Positions 1 through 9,277 of a DNA stretch of 26,142 bases are shown in pieces (the first letter of the stretch is position 1; each line of letters opens with the position of its first letter). The position numbers were made by a program, and so were the translations under genes. The notes under the pieces are model-generated. The model did not search any database and had not been told where the DNA came from. It was given only the letters and a program-made list of their open reading frames with translations. Source of the stretch: a virus (taxonomy: Duplodnaviria; Caudoviricetes); IMG/VR virus record IMGVR_UViG_3300012346_000500, positions 1 through 26,142 of that record, one strand, 5' to 3'.

Positions 1-2
1 GT

Positions 3-230
3 TTGAACCAGAAGGGTGTAGAATCTTATCGTAGAGAAAACCCAGGTTCTAAGTTGAAGACTGCTGTTACAACTAAACCATCTAAATTGAAACCTGGTTC
101 CAAGTCTGCTAATCGCCGCAAGTCATTCTGTGCTAGAATGTCAGGTATGAAGAAACGTTTAACTTCATCCAAAACAGCGAATGATCCAGATTCACGTATT
201 AATAAATCTCTGAGAAAGTGGAACTGTTAA
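3..230 (+). CDS. DUF6321-like conserved phage protein (probably 5'-truncated)
   Basis: C-terminal RRKSFCARMSGMK...DPDSRINKSLRKWNC motif typical of this T4-like phage family; ORF runs off the window start. Confidence 0.7.
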   Translation: MNQKGVESYRRENPGSKLKTAVTTKPSKLKPGSKSANRRKSFCARMSGMKKRLTSSKTANDPDSRINKSLRKWNC

Positions 231-556
231 TGCAATCATTTAAAAATTTTCTAGGTCCTGAGGCCACAAAAAGACACGATGCAGCCGAGGTTGCTCGTCA
301 AAAGAAACACTTAACTGATAAGGCTAAAGAGAACCACGACCAAGCAGACCGTGAAGGTGGTGGTGGTGCCGTTGAAGCTAAGGCAAAAAGTTATGAGAAT
401 GCCAGAGACAACATTAAAGAAGAAGGCGTGACTGTTGCTGCTGTTGCAGGCACAGGTGACGCACGTTTACCTGATGCACAAAGAGAACCTGGTGTTTCCA
501 AGAAACGCAACCCAATAATCAATAAGTTAGCACGAAGAGCATTACCTAAGGTGTAA
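230..556 (+). CDS. hypothetical protein
   Basis: ATG at 230 overlaps the upstream TAA (TAATG); MQSFKNFL N-terminus typical of T4-like small late proteins. Confidence 0.7.
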   Translation: MQSFKNFLGPEATKRHDAAEVARQKKHLTDKAKENHDQADREGGGGAVEAKAKSYENARDNIKEEGVTVAAVAGTGDARLPDAQREPGVSKKRNPIINKLARRALPKV

Positions 557-558
557 TT

Positions 559-996
559 ATGTGGATTTTGAAATGGTTACCTGATTGGATTTTTTATGTC
601 ACACTACTTGCAGGTGTACTTGGTTACGCTGCAACGTATCTCCTTAGGTTTATTCCCATACCGATGATTTACATGTATAAGACTCCAATTCAATTGGGGT
701 CTATTGCACTTATTGTTATTGGTACTTTTATGTCCGGTGCCATCTATGATAATGATGCATGGTTGGCTAGAGTAAAAGAGATGGAAGAAAAGGTTGCAAA
801 GGCTGAACAAGAATCAAAAGAAGCCAATGCAGTTATTGATGAAAAAGTACAAGAAGTTAAAACTCAGATTGTTGAGAAAAGAATTGTACTGAAAGAATAT
901 GTTGACCGTGAAGTTGTAAAATATGATGGTTCTTGTGTAATACCCAAAGAATTCATAGATGCAGTTAATAGGTCAGCAGATGATGTTCGAAAGTGA
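559..996 (+). CDS. Rz-like inner-membrane spanin (i-spanin)
   Basis: Hydrophobic N-terminal TM segments, then coiled coil (ARVKEMEEKVAKAEQESKEANA) and C-terminal Cys (GSCVIP); lies upstream of a lipoprotein and an endolysin. Confidence 0.75.
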   Translation: MWILKWLPDWIFYVTLLAGVLGYAATYLLRFIPIPMIYMYKTPIQLGSIALIVIGTFMSGAIYDNDAWLARVKEMEEKVAKAEQESKEANAVIDEKVQEVKTQIVEKRIVLKEYVDREVVKYDGSCVIPKEFIDAVNRSADDVRK

Positions 997-1150
997 TTTA
1001 TTTAAAATGTATCACGCATGGTTGCAAGGCAACGAGCATGGCGGCCGTGATTGGTTGGATTTTGTAAAATGGGCTGCGACCTGGAACAAAACCACGAATG
1101 AATTAATGATGGAAGAATTATTCAAATATAAATGGTTCAAACATGATTAA
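980..1150 (+). CDS. small Trp-rich hypothetical protein between the spanin genes
   Basis: ORF overlaps the end of the i-spanin and the start of the o-spanin; ATG at 980/983. Confidence 0.6.
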   Translation: MMFESDLFKMYHAWLQGNEHGGRDWLDFVKWAATWNKTTNELMMEELFKYKWFKHD

Positions 1151-1409
1151 AAAAATTTTACTTATCTCACTGTTGACCCTAGTTGGTTGTTCAACTACAG
1201 TTCCGGTCACACAAAAATTCCCTGAACCACCTAAATATGGTCTGGACCGCTGTCCACGACTTTTGAAATTAAATGAGACTGCCAAGTTGAGTGAAGTGGC
1301 AGCTAGTGTTATCTATAATTATTCTACATACTACGAATGTGATTTGAAAAATGATGCTTGGATTGAATGGTATCGTGTACAAAAACGCATTTATGAGGAT
1401 GTAAAATAA
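1143..1409 (+). CDS. Rz1-like outer-membrane lipoprotein spanin (o-spanin)
   Basis: Signal peptide with lipobox LVGC, Pro-rich linker (PVTQKFPEPP), two further Cys, helical C-terminus. Confidence 0.8.
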   Translation: MIKKILLISLLTLVGCSTTVPVTQKFPEPPKYGLDRCPRLLKLNETAKLSEVAASVIYNYSTYYECDLKNDAWIEWYRVQKRIYEDVK

Positions 1410-1411
1410 TA

Positions 1412-2026
1412 ATGGAACTGACAAAAGAACAACTAAAACAACTGCTTCCAAAAAATCCATACATTGACCAATGGCACCACGCCTTGTCTCAACTGTTACC
1501 GGATTATGAAATCAATACACCACAACGTATCGCAGCATTCTTGGCTCAATGTGCCCATGAATCAGGCAATTTCGTTTGGCTTGCAGAGAACTTAAATTAC
1601 AAAGCACCAAGTCTACGTAAGGTATTTCCAAAGTACTTTCCAACGGATGAATTGGCTGCACAGTACGCCAACAAACCAGAGAAGATTGCTAACCGTGTTT
1701 ACGCCTCACGTATGGGTAACGGACCAGAAGAATCTGGTGATGGTTGGACATATTGTGGTCGTGGACTCATCCAAGTTACCGGTAAAGAAAACTATACATG
1801 GTTTGCTGCATCCTTGGGTATTACTCCACTAGAAGCATCACACTATATGCAAACCTTTGAAGGTGCAGCACAATCGGCTTGCTGGTTCTGGGAAACAAAC
1901 AAGTTAAACCAATATGCTGATTCAGGTGACATTGTTACCATGACAAAACGCATCAATGGTGGTACAATCGGACTAGAAGACCGCATTAAACACTACGAAC
2001 ACGCTCTACACATATTTGGAGCGTAA
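1412..2026 (+). CDS. glycoside hydrolase family 19 endolysin
   Basis: RIAAFLAQCAHESG, ENLNY, GRGLIQVTGKENY, SACWFW and TKRINGGTIGLEDR motifs. Confidence 0.93.
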   Translation: MELTKEQLKQLLPKNPYIDQWHHALSQLLPDYEINTPQRIAAFLAQCAHESGNFVWLAENLNYKAPSLRKVFPKYFPTDELAAQYANKPEKIANRVYASRMGNGPEESGDGWTYCGRGLIQVTGKENYTWFAASLGITPLEASHYMQTFEGAAQSACWFWETNKLNQYADSGDIVTMTKRINGGTIGLEDRIKHYEHALHIFGA

Positions 2027-2027
2027 T

Positions 2028-2303
2028 ATGAGTGACGTAAAGTTATTAAAGTTCTTGGGTATCATTCTATTGTTACCTCTAACATTGGCATACTTCAGTG
2101 GTGATAGATTCCGTTACCCATGCCAAGACCCAGAAAACTGGGACAAAGATATTTGTAAGATGCCAATCTGTGATGTGACTAGAACATGTCCGGAGCACAT
2201 CTTTAAAGGCCAACGTGACCCTCGTTTGGGTCCACCTAAAGATACACCTGCAGCTACACCAGTACCTGCATTAACCGCATCAGGAGCGAACTGTGGAAAA
2301 TAA
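2028..2303 (+). CDS. membrane-anchored Cys-rich periplasmic protein
   Basis: N-terminal TM/signal followed by RYPCQDPENW..C..P.C...TCPE. Confidence 0.75.
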   Translation: MSDVKLLKFLGIILLLPLTLAYFSGDRFRYPCQDPENWDKDICKMPICDVTRTCPEHIFKGQRDPRLGPPKDTPAATPVPALTASGANCGK

Positions 2304-2745
2304 ACCAGATATCATTTACACCGAAGAGCAGTTAATGGCTCGTTTGAAGTTCTTCATTGGCATTTGTTTGTCTTTGACATTGTTTGGTATTGTATTTGTT
2401 GTGTTGTACTCACTAATCTTTGTGACACAACCATTGAATGCTATCTCTCCAATTGACCAGAAGTTCTTTGAATTGATTGTTCCAATCGCAACATTCTTAA
2501 CAGGTACTCTATCAGGTATCATGTTGGCTGGTGGCGACAAAGACTCACAAGCTGCTGCACTGAAAGCTGCAAATGCTGGATGGGAAAGACCTCCTACCCC
2601 AACGGTGGTGTCAAATCCTGCGCCGGTGCAAGCTGCACCGCAAGCTGCATTTAATGCTGCACCTACACCGGTTGTTTCAACACAAGTTGTAACTGGATTT
2701 GGTGGCAAACCTGCACCATCTCAACCACCACATCCTGAACTATAA
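2293..2745 (+). CDS. two-TM membrane protein with Pro/Ala-rich tail (holin candidate)
   Basis: Two long hydrophobic helices; in the lysis cluster; GTG start with GGAG SD. Confidence 0.65.
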   Translation: MENKPDIIYTEEQLMARLKFFIGICLSLTLFGIVFVVLYSLIFVTQPLNAISPIDQKFFELIVPIATFLTGTLSGIMLAGGDKDSQAAALKAANAGWERPPTPTVVSNPAPVQAAPQAAFNAAPTPVVSTQVVTGFGGKPAPSQPPHPEL

Positions 2746-2972
2746 TGGGTGATTGGTTAAATAGATTATTATCAAACGGCACTGACGGAATCGTAAGTAG
2801 TAAACGTGTTGTCACGTTTCTTGCATTCCTGTTATGTGCTGTTGGATTTTTGACAGAGCTTTACCTCGGTCAGAAGGTGAGTGAACATACATTAGATTCT
2901 ATGATGTATATTGTGATTGCTGGGTTAGGCTTTACTGCCTCTGAAAAATTTACTAAGAAGGATGACAAATGA
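2745..2972 (+). CDS. small two-TM holin-like protein
   Basis: SSKRV..F, two TM helices and a charged C-terminus (EKFTKKDDK). Confidence 0.6.
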   Translation: MGDWLNRLLSNGTDGIVSSKRVVTFLAFLLCAVGFLTELYLGQKVSEHTLDSMMYIVIAGLGFTASEKFTKKDDK

Positions 2973-3166
2973 AAAAGATTATCACATTAATGGCACTAGT
3001 GGTTGCAACATCAGTGTTTGCAGCTGAAGAAAAACAAGTGTGCGTAGACAAAACCGGTAAAGACGGTAAGGTTGTAATGGGCAAAGATGGAAAGCCACAA
3101 CAAACATGCAAAACAATCAAGGTTCACAAAAAACTAGAGGGTACAGATATCCCAACGAAGAAGTAA
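2969..3166 (+). CDS. small secreted Lys-rich protein
   Basis: Sec signal peptide ending VFA-AEE; two Cys; GKDGK occurs twice. Confidence 0.7.
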   Translation: MKKIITLMALVVATSVFAAEEKQVCVDKTGKDGKVVMGKDGKPQQTCKTIKVHKKLEGTDIPTKK

Positions 3167-3171
3167 CATAC

Positions 3172-3603
3172 ATGGATAAAGAAATCACACAATTACAAGT
3201 AGACGTTGGTATCCTTCAAACGAAGGTCGCCAATATCACTGTATTGTGTGATAAAATGGATAAAGTGATTGAACGCTTGGCTAATAACCAAGAAAAATAC
3301 GTTAACGATATCTACGATGATATGAATATAGAAAAACGAGACACCACCGAAGATATCAAAGAACTACATTCCAGAATTACCACGGTAGACCGCAACCTTA
3401 CCGAAAAACTGGAATCCGTAGAAGATAAGATTATGGCAGAGATAAAAACCCTGCGAAATGATATCGCCTCCCATAACCAAAAGGAAGATGCCGAATTGAG
3501 CAAAATCCTGGAATGGAAGTGGATGGCTGCTGGTGGCATTCTTGTTCTTACATGGTTGCTTTCTCACATAAAATTTGATATAATTACGAAATTGTTAAAC
3601 TAA
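3172..3603 (+). CDS. coiled-coil protein with C-terminal TM helix
   Basis: Heptad-rich body ending WKWMAAGGILVLTWLL; ATG at 3172 follows the upstream stop. Confidence 0.7.
   Translation: MDKEITQLQVDVGILQTKVANITVLCDKMDKVIERLANNQEKYVNDIYDDMNIEKRDTTEDIKELHSRITTVDRNLTEKLESVEDKIMAEIKTLRNDIASHNQKEDAELSKILEWKWMAAGGILVLTWLLSHIKFDIITKLLN
3556..3584 (+). promoter_or_regulatory. sigma70-type promoter for the primase/nucleotide metabolism operon
   Basis: TTGCTT-N17-TATAAT with extended -10 TG. Confidence 0.55.
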
Positions 3604-3625
3604 TACATTTGTCTTTGATTTTGTT

Positions 3626-4642
3626 ATGAGTATTTTTATTGACCGCACCTTCTTACTGAGGGTGTCTCCCAAACTCCAAAAATTCACACAGAAAAAAACG
3701 GATCTTTATAACTTCCGTTGTCCTCTCTGTGGCGATTCTTCCAAGAATAAAATTAAAGCACGTGGTTACATCTATGCTAAAAAGGGTAACTACTTCTTTA
3801 TGTGCCATAACTGTGGTGCATCCACATCCTTTTATAACTTCTTGGACAAAGTGGATCCAAGTATCCTAAAAGAGTATTCACTGGAACGATACAAGAATGG
3901 TGAAGATGGTAAAGCCAACTATCAGAAACCAACCTTTGACAACCTCAAAGAAAAACCTGTATTCAAAATCAAAACAAAAATTAACTTACCGTCTATTGCA
4001 GACTTGCCTGATGGCCATTATGCAAAAGATTATGTTATTGGTCGTAAAATACCAGAACAACAGCACGAACATCTATACTATACGGCAGACTTTAAGAAAT
4101 TTGTCGAAAGTGTTGAGGTGGAGAAAGAAGGACTTATTGACAATGACCAGAGATTGGTGATACCATTCTTTGATGAAGAAAAGAATCTGGTAGCATTTCA
4201 AGGTCGTGCTTTGGGTAACTCCAAACTCAGATACATAACCGTAAAGATGAGTGACGAAGGCATCAAACTCTTTGGACTTGATAGAATCAACAAAGAAGAA
4301 GATGTATATGTCACAGAGGGTCCAATTGACTCCATGTTCTTAGAAAATGCTGTGGCAACCGCAGATGCAACTTTAACAAACGCTTCTAAGTACGTTGATA
4401 AATCTAAGTTAATTCTGGTTTACGATAATGAACCACGTAACAAGGATATTTGTCGGCACATGGAAAAAGCCATCGAAGAACACTATCGTATCGTGGTATG
4501 GCCTGAAATGATTGAAGAAAAAGATATTAATGAAATGATTTTATCGGGTTTCTTACCTGATGAAATACAAGACATTATAAGTAAAAATACCTTTCAAAAT
4601 TTGAGAGCGAAAATGGAATTTATAAACTGGAAAAAGGTGTGA
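3626..4642 (+). CDS. 61: T4-like DNA primase (gp61)
   Basis: Zn finger FRCPLCGDS...CHNCG, FQGRAL, TOPRIM VTEGPIDSMF, YDNEPRN and KDINEM motifs. Confidence 0.95.
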   Translation: MSIFIDRTFLLRVSPKLQKFTQKKTDLYNFRCPLCGDSSKNKIKARGYIYAKKGNYFFMCHNCGASTSFYNFLDKVDPSILKEYSLERYKNGEDGKANYQKPTFDNLKEKPVFKIKTKINLPSIADLPDGHYAKDYVIGRKIPEQQHEHLYYTADFKKFVESVEVEKEGLIDNDQRLVIPFFDEEKNLVAFQGRALGNSKLRYITVKMSDEGIKLFGLDRINKEEDVYVTEGPIDSMFLENAVATADATLTNASKYVDKSKLILVYDNEPRNKDICRHMEKAIEEHYRIVVWPEMIEEKDINEMILSGFLPDEIQDIISKNTFQNLRAKMEFINWKKV

Positions 4643-5310
4643 ACGTGAAAGTAAAATTAATTAATTATTCCCAAGACCCAGAGGGTCGTAATCTCTTAGA
4701 ACAGATTGCTTACTGTGCAAGAGTATCAAATCCTGGCAACCAGGACAACACGGAGACAGCTGAAAAACTGGTCCGATATCTGATTAAGAATAAACATTGG
4801 TCTCCGTTGGAGATGGTTTCCGTGTGTTTGGAGATTGACACAACACGAGACATTGCAAGACAAATTCTCCGTCACCGTTCATTCTCATTCCAAGAGTTTA
4901 GTCAACGTTATGCTGATGCATCACAATTAGGTTTTGAGATTCGTGAGTGTCGCCTACAAGACACAAAGAATCGCCAGAACAGCATTCAAATGAATAAACA
5001 AGATGATGAACAACGCCGTCTTGCTTACCAGTGGGAACAGTACCAACGCAACATGCAAAGTCTCTGTGAATCAACGTACCAGTGGGCATTAGACCATGGT
5101 GTAGCTAAAGAACAAGCACGTTCTGTTCTACCTGAAGGTATGACAAAATCACGTATGTACATGAACGGAACATTGCGTTCTTGGGTTCACTATATACAAC
5201 TCCGTTCAGCAAACGGAACTCAAAAAGAGCACCAAGAAATCGCATTGGCCTGTGCAAATGCGATTAAAGAGATTTTTCCAATGATTGAGGAGTTTATTGA
5301 TGTACAATGA
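4639..5310 (+). CDS. thyX: FAD-dependent thymidylate synthase
   Basis: HWSPLE, RQILRHRSFSFQEFSQRY signature, AKEQARSVLP, TQKEH. Confidence 0.96.
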   Translation: MNVKVKLINYSQDPEGRNLLEQIAYCARVSNPGNQDNTETAEKLVRYLIKNKHWSPLEMVSVCLEIDTTRDIARQILRHRSFSFQEFSQRYADASQLGFEIRECRLQDTKNRQNSIQMNKQDDEQRRLAYQWEQYQRNMQSLCESTYQWALDHGVAKEQARSVLPEGMTKSRMYMNGTLRSWVHYIQLRSANGTQKEHQEIALACANAIKEIFPMIEEFIDVQ

Positions 5311-5647
5311 TGTGAAGACTTTTATTGAAGCTTGTGAACAAGAAGTAAACGAGAAAAATGCAACTCTTTATAAGAATTTGATCCGTGAAGAATTTGATGA
5401 ATTCATTAGGGATTATCTAGCGCAGGACGAGGTGGGACAACTTGATGGTTGCATGGACATGATTTGGGTTATTCTAGGTTATTGTTACATGAAAGGTTAT
5501 AATGTGAACGGAGCATGGGCAGAAGTCGCACGTTCAAACCTCGCAAAAATTGATCCAGTGACCGGTAAAGTGAATAAACGTAAAGATGGTAAAGTGTTGA
5601 AACCTGAAGGTTGGACACCACCAGATTTGAAACCATTTGTAAAATAA
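5300..5647 (+). CDS. MazG-like all-alpha NTP pyrophosphohydrolase (PRA-PH type)
   Basis: LIREEFDEF...DGCMD...WAEVARSNLAK...RKDGKVLKPEGWTPPDL; GAGGAG SD before ATG 5300. Confidence 0.85.
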   Translation: MYNDVKTFIEACEQEVNEKNATLYKNLIREEFDEFIRDYLAQDEVGQLDGCMDMIWVILGYCYMKGYNVNGAWAEVARSNLAKIDPVTGKVNKRKDGKVLKPEGWTPPDLKPFVK

Positions 5648-5661
5648 TAATAAGGTAATAT

Positions 5662-7452
5662 ATGGAATATCTAGGAATAGAGATTGATTTGGACAGAGAT
5701 AAAAAGTTTGATGAACTTGGTATCAAACGTCTAAAAGAATCTTATATGAAGGAAGAAGAAACTTCTCCGCAACACAGATTCGCTTTTGTGTCTAAATCAT
5801 TCGGCACTAATGAAGCACATGCACAGAGATTGTATGACTATGCAAGTAAACATTGGTTGTCATACTCTACTCCTATTTTATCGTTTGGTCGTAGCAAGCG
5901 TGGTATGCCCATTTCTTGTTTCCTCAACTTTATTGAAGACACAGCGGAGGGACTAGTTGATAACCTTTCTGAAACTAATTGGCTTAGTATGCTTGGTGGT
6001 GGTGTCGGTATTGGCTTTGGCATTCGTTCTGCTGATGATAAGTCTACAGGTGTCTTGCCTCATCTTAAAATGTATGATGCTTCTTCTCTGGCTTACCGTC
6101 AGGGTCGCACTCGCCGTGGCTCTTATGCTGCTTATTTGGACATTAGCCACCCTGATATCATTCCCTTCTTAGAGATGCGTAAACCAACGGGTGATCCTAA
6201 TATGCGTTGCCTGAACTTGCATCATGGTATTAATATTCCTGATGAATTCATGGAAATCATTGAACGATGCATGATTGATAAGGATGCCAATGATGATTGG
6301 AAACTGGTGGATCCAGCGTCCAACGAAGTGCGTGATACAGTATCAGCAAAGATGCTATGGGAAAAGTTATTAGAACTCCGTATGCACACAGGTGAACCAT
6401 ATCTACACTTCATTACAACAAGTAATAGAGAAATGCCAAAGTGGTTGAAAGACTTAGGTTTAAAAATTCATCAATCTAACTTGTGTTCTGAAATTATTTT
6501 ACCAACGAACGAACAACGTACTGCTGTGTGCTGTTTGTCGTCATTAAACTTGGAGACATATGATGAGTGGAAAACTGATGCACTTTTTCTACGGGACGTG
6601 GCAGAAATGCTTGATAACGTGTTACAATATTTCATTGATAATGCACCTGATAGTATTGCTCGTGCCAAGTATTCTGCTATGCGTGAGCGTTCTATTGGTG
6701 TTGGCGCTTTGGGTTTCCATGCTTATTTGCAGCGAAAGAATGTGGCCTTTGAATCAGCCATTGCAAAATCCATTAACAACAACATCTTCAAAACAATCAG
6801 AAAAGGACTAGATGATGCAAATCTTCAACTCGGTACTGAACGTGGTGAAGCACCCGATGCTGTGGGCACTGGTTTCCGTTTTAGTCATCTTATGGCTATT
6901 GCTCCAAATGCTTCTTCGTCTATCATCTTGGGAAATACTTCTCCTAGTGTTGAGCCTTGGCGTGCTAATGCATACCGTCAGGACACTCTATCTGGATCAT
7001 TTTTAAATAAGAACAAATACTTGGATAAAATCATCCAAGAAGAATCAAGTAAACATACAGAAGGATGGGCAGATGATGTTTGGTCTTCTATCATCGCTAA
7101 TGATGGTTCAGTGCAACATTTGACTTGGATGGACCAAGAAACTAAAGATGTATTCAAAACATCTATGGAAATTGACCAACGTTGGGTGATTGAACATGCA
7201 GCTGACCGTCAACAGTATATTGACCAAGCACAATCATTAAATGTGTTCTTCCGTCCAGATAGTCATTTGAAGTATATTCATGCTGTGCATTTCTTGGCAT
7301 GGAAACGTGGACTAAAAACATTGTACTATTGCCGTAGTGAGAAACTTGCTAAGGCAGATAAAGTATCTAAACGTATTGAACGTGAAGTAATTAAAGAAAT
7401 TGATATGAGTCAGATTGCTTTGGGTAATGACTGTATCGCATGTGAAGGATAA
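5662..7452 (+). CDS. nrdA: class I ribonucleotide reductase alpha subunit (short form, no ATP cone)
   Basis: PISCFL, SNLCSEI, AVCCLSSLNL, APNASSS, KTLYY and C-terminal CIACEG. Confidence 0.96.
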   Translation: MEYLGIEIDLDRDKKFDELGIKRLKESYMKEEETSPQHRFAFVSKSFGTNEAHAQRLYDYASKHWLSYSTPILSFGRSKRGMPISCFLNFIEDTAEGLVDNLSETNWLSMLGGGVGIGFGIRSADDKSTGVLPHLKMYDASSLAYRQGRTRRGSYAAYLDISHPDIIPFLEMRKPTGDPNMRCLNLHHGINIPDEFMEIIERCMIDKDANDDWKLVDPASNEVRDTVSAKMLWEKLLELRMHTGEPYLHFITTSNREMPKWLKDLGLKIHQSNLCSEIILPTNEQRTAVCCLSSLNLETYDEWKTDALFLRDVAEMLDNVLQYFIDNAPDSIARAKYSAMRERSIGVGALGFHAYLQRKNVAFESAIAKSINNNIFKTIRKGLDDANLQLGTERGEAPDAVGTGFRFSHLMAIAPNASSSIILGNTSPSVEPWRANAYRQDTLSGSFLNKNKYLDKIIQEESSKHTEGWADDVWSSIIANDGSVQHLTWMDQETKDVFKTSMEIDQRWVIEHAADRQQYIDQAQSLNVFFRPDSHLKYIHAVHFLAWKRGLKTLYYCRSEKLAKADKVSKRIEREVIKEIDMSQIALGNDCIACEG

Positions 7453-7456
7453 GAAA

Positions 7457-7705
7457 ATGGATAAAAGAGTATTAAGATTTACAGCATCATGGTGTCAACC
7501 ATGTAAAACATTGGCCAAGAACTTGGAGTCGGTTAACACAAATGTTCCTATCGAAGTTGTTGATATTGATGTACATACAGACACAGCATTGGATTATGGT
7601 GTACGTGGTGTACCAACATTGATTATGTTAGAAGGTAATAACGAAATCAAACGTATGAGTGGCAATAAGTCACTCAAAGAACTAGAGGACTGGTTAAATG
7701 ATTAA
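7457..7705 (+). CDS. thioredoxin
   Basis: FTASWCQPCK active site and cis-Pro GVPTL; lies between nrdA and nrdB. Confidence 0.92.
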   Translation: MDKRVLRFTASWCQPCKTLAKNLESVNTNVPIEVVDIDVHTDTALDYGVRGVPTLIMLEGNNEIKRMSGNKSLKELEDWLND

Positions 7706-8684
7706 GAAAGTAAATACACGTGTCACCGACCAACGTAGCAACTTTAAGCCATTCAACTACCCATGGGCATACGATGCATGGTTGAAACATGAACAGTCAC
7801 ATTGGCTTCATACAGAAGTTCCAATGTTAGAAGATGAAAAAGATTGGAAGAAGAAACTCACTGACGGTGAAAAACAGTTTCTCACACATATCTTCCGTTT
7901 CTTTACACAAGGTGATATTGACGTTGCTGGTGGTTATGTGAACAACTATCTACCGTATTTCCCTCAACCAGAGATTCGTATGATGTTGATGGGTTTTGCT
8001 GCACGTGAAGCTCTACACATTGCTGCATATAGTCATTTGATTGAAACTCTTGGTCTACCTGAAACCACATACAGTGAATTCTTGGCATACCAAGAAATGA
8101 AAGACAAACACGACTATGTGTTAGATATTGCAAGTCAGAATAGCACTAAAGAGAACACTGCACGCCATATCGCCGTGTTCAGTGCATTTACTGAAGGTAT
8201 GCAGTTGTTCTCCTCTTTCATTATGTTGTTGAATTTCCCACGACATGGCAAGATGAAGGGTATGGGTCAAATCGTTACTTGGTCTATCGTTGATGAAACG
8301 ATGCACGCCGAGAATATGATGAAATTATTTAAAACATATATAAACGAGAACCCTGAAATCTGGAACGATGAATTGAAGTCTAGCATCTATACAATCGCTG
8401 AAAAGATGGTTGAACTAGAAGACAAATTTATTGACTTGGCTTTTGGTGTAACCGAAATGGAAGGATTAACAAAAGAAGATGTTAAGAAATACATTCGTTA
8501 CATTGCTGACCGCCGATTAATTGGACTTGGTATGAAGGGTATCTTTAAAGTTAAACGCAATCCACTTCCATGGGTTGAAGAAATGATTAATGCTCCGACA
8601 CATACTAACTTCTTTGAGAACCGTGCAACTGATTATGCAAAAGGTGCTCAACAAGGAACTTGGGGTGATGTTTGGGCTCATTAA
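7698..8684 (+). CDS. nrdB: class Ia ribonucleotide reductase beta subunit
   Basis: FTQGD, EALHIAAY (radical Tyr), EGMQLF, DETMH, C-terminal NFFENRATDY. Confidence 0.96.
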   Translation: MIKKVNTRVTDQRSNFKPFNYPWAYDAWLKHEQSHWLHTEVPMLEDEKDWKKKLTDGEKQFLTHIFRFFTQGDIDVAGGYVNNYLPYFPQPEIRMMLMGFAAREALHIAAYSHLIETLGLPETTYSEFLAYQEMKDKHDYVLDIASQNSTKENTARHIAVFSAFTEGMQLFSSFIMLLNFPRHGKMKGMGQIVTWSIVDETMHAENMMKLFKTYINENPEIWNDELKSSIYTIAEKMVELEDKFIDLAFGVTEMEGLTKEDVKKYIRYIADRRLIGLGMKGIFKVKRNPLPWVEEMINAPTHTNFFENRATDYAKGAQQGTWGDVWAH

Positions 8685-8693
8685 GGAGACCTT

Positions 8694-8879
8694 ATGTCTA
8701 AACTAATTACAGGCGAATGCCTGAACTGCGAATCTAGTTATGAAGTTGCTTATGTTGAGCAACTCGTATCATCTGAATTACCAGAACATTGTCCTTTCTG
8801 TGGTGAAGTGATTGAAGAAATCACCGAAGACTATATAGAGGATGATGATTTGGATGAAGATGATTTAAAATGGGACTAA
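8694..8879 (+). CDS. small Zn-ribbon protein with acidic tail
   Basis: CLNC...CPFC; AAGGAG SD. Confidence 0.8.
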   Translation: MSKLITGECLNCESSYEVAYVEQLVSSELPEHCPFCGEVIEEITEDYIEDDDLDEDDLKWD

Positions 8880-9277
8880 ACTGGTTACATAATAACAAAG
8901 AATTTACAGAAGCTGACATTGGTGATAATTATGGATTCGTCTATCTTATCACCAATCTAACAACAGGTAAAAAATACATCGGTAAGAAATTCTTCTACAG
9001 CTCTAAGACAAAACAAGTCAAAGGCAAGAAGAAAAAGTTCAAGGTATCCTCGGACTGGCAAACTTACTATGGTTCCAACGAGGAACTTAAAAAAGATGTT
9101 ACAATACATGGCAAAGAGACTTTCAAACGGGAAATCCTACACCTATGCCTTTCCAAAGGTAGTGCAGGTTATCTTGAAGCGAAAGAACAATTTGTAAACG
9201 GTGTATTAGAAAGTGATGATTACTATAACTCATGGATTATGGTTAGAGTAAGAAAATCACACTTAAAAGGAATTTAA
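8870..9277 (+). CDS. GIY-YIG endonuclease, T4 EndoII (DenA)-like
   Basis: GFVYLITNLTTGKKYIGKK, SDWQTYYGS, FKREILHLC, YYNSWI. Confidence 0.85.
   Translation: MGLNWLHNNKEFTEADIGDNYGFVYLITNLTTGKKYIGKKFFYSSKTKQVKGKKKKFKVSSDWQTYYGSNEELKKDVTIHGKETFKREILHLCLSKGSAGYLEAKEQFVNGVLESDDYYNSWIMVRVRKSHLKGI

Noticed and set aside
2316-2708. 130-aa minus-strand ORF in the lysis region
   Set aside because: Antisense shadow of the Pro/Ala-rich membrane protein gene; no independent support.
4639-8684. Introns or inteins in thyX, nrdA or nrdB
   Set aside because: All three ORFs are continuous, of normal or short length, with no intein or intron signatures.
8870-9277. Mobile GIY-YIG homing endonuclease next to nrdB
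   Set aside because: Short catalytic-only protein without NUMOD/HTH DNA-binding extensions; fits the EndoII-like conserved gene better.
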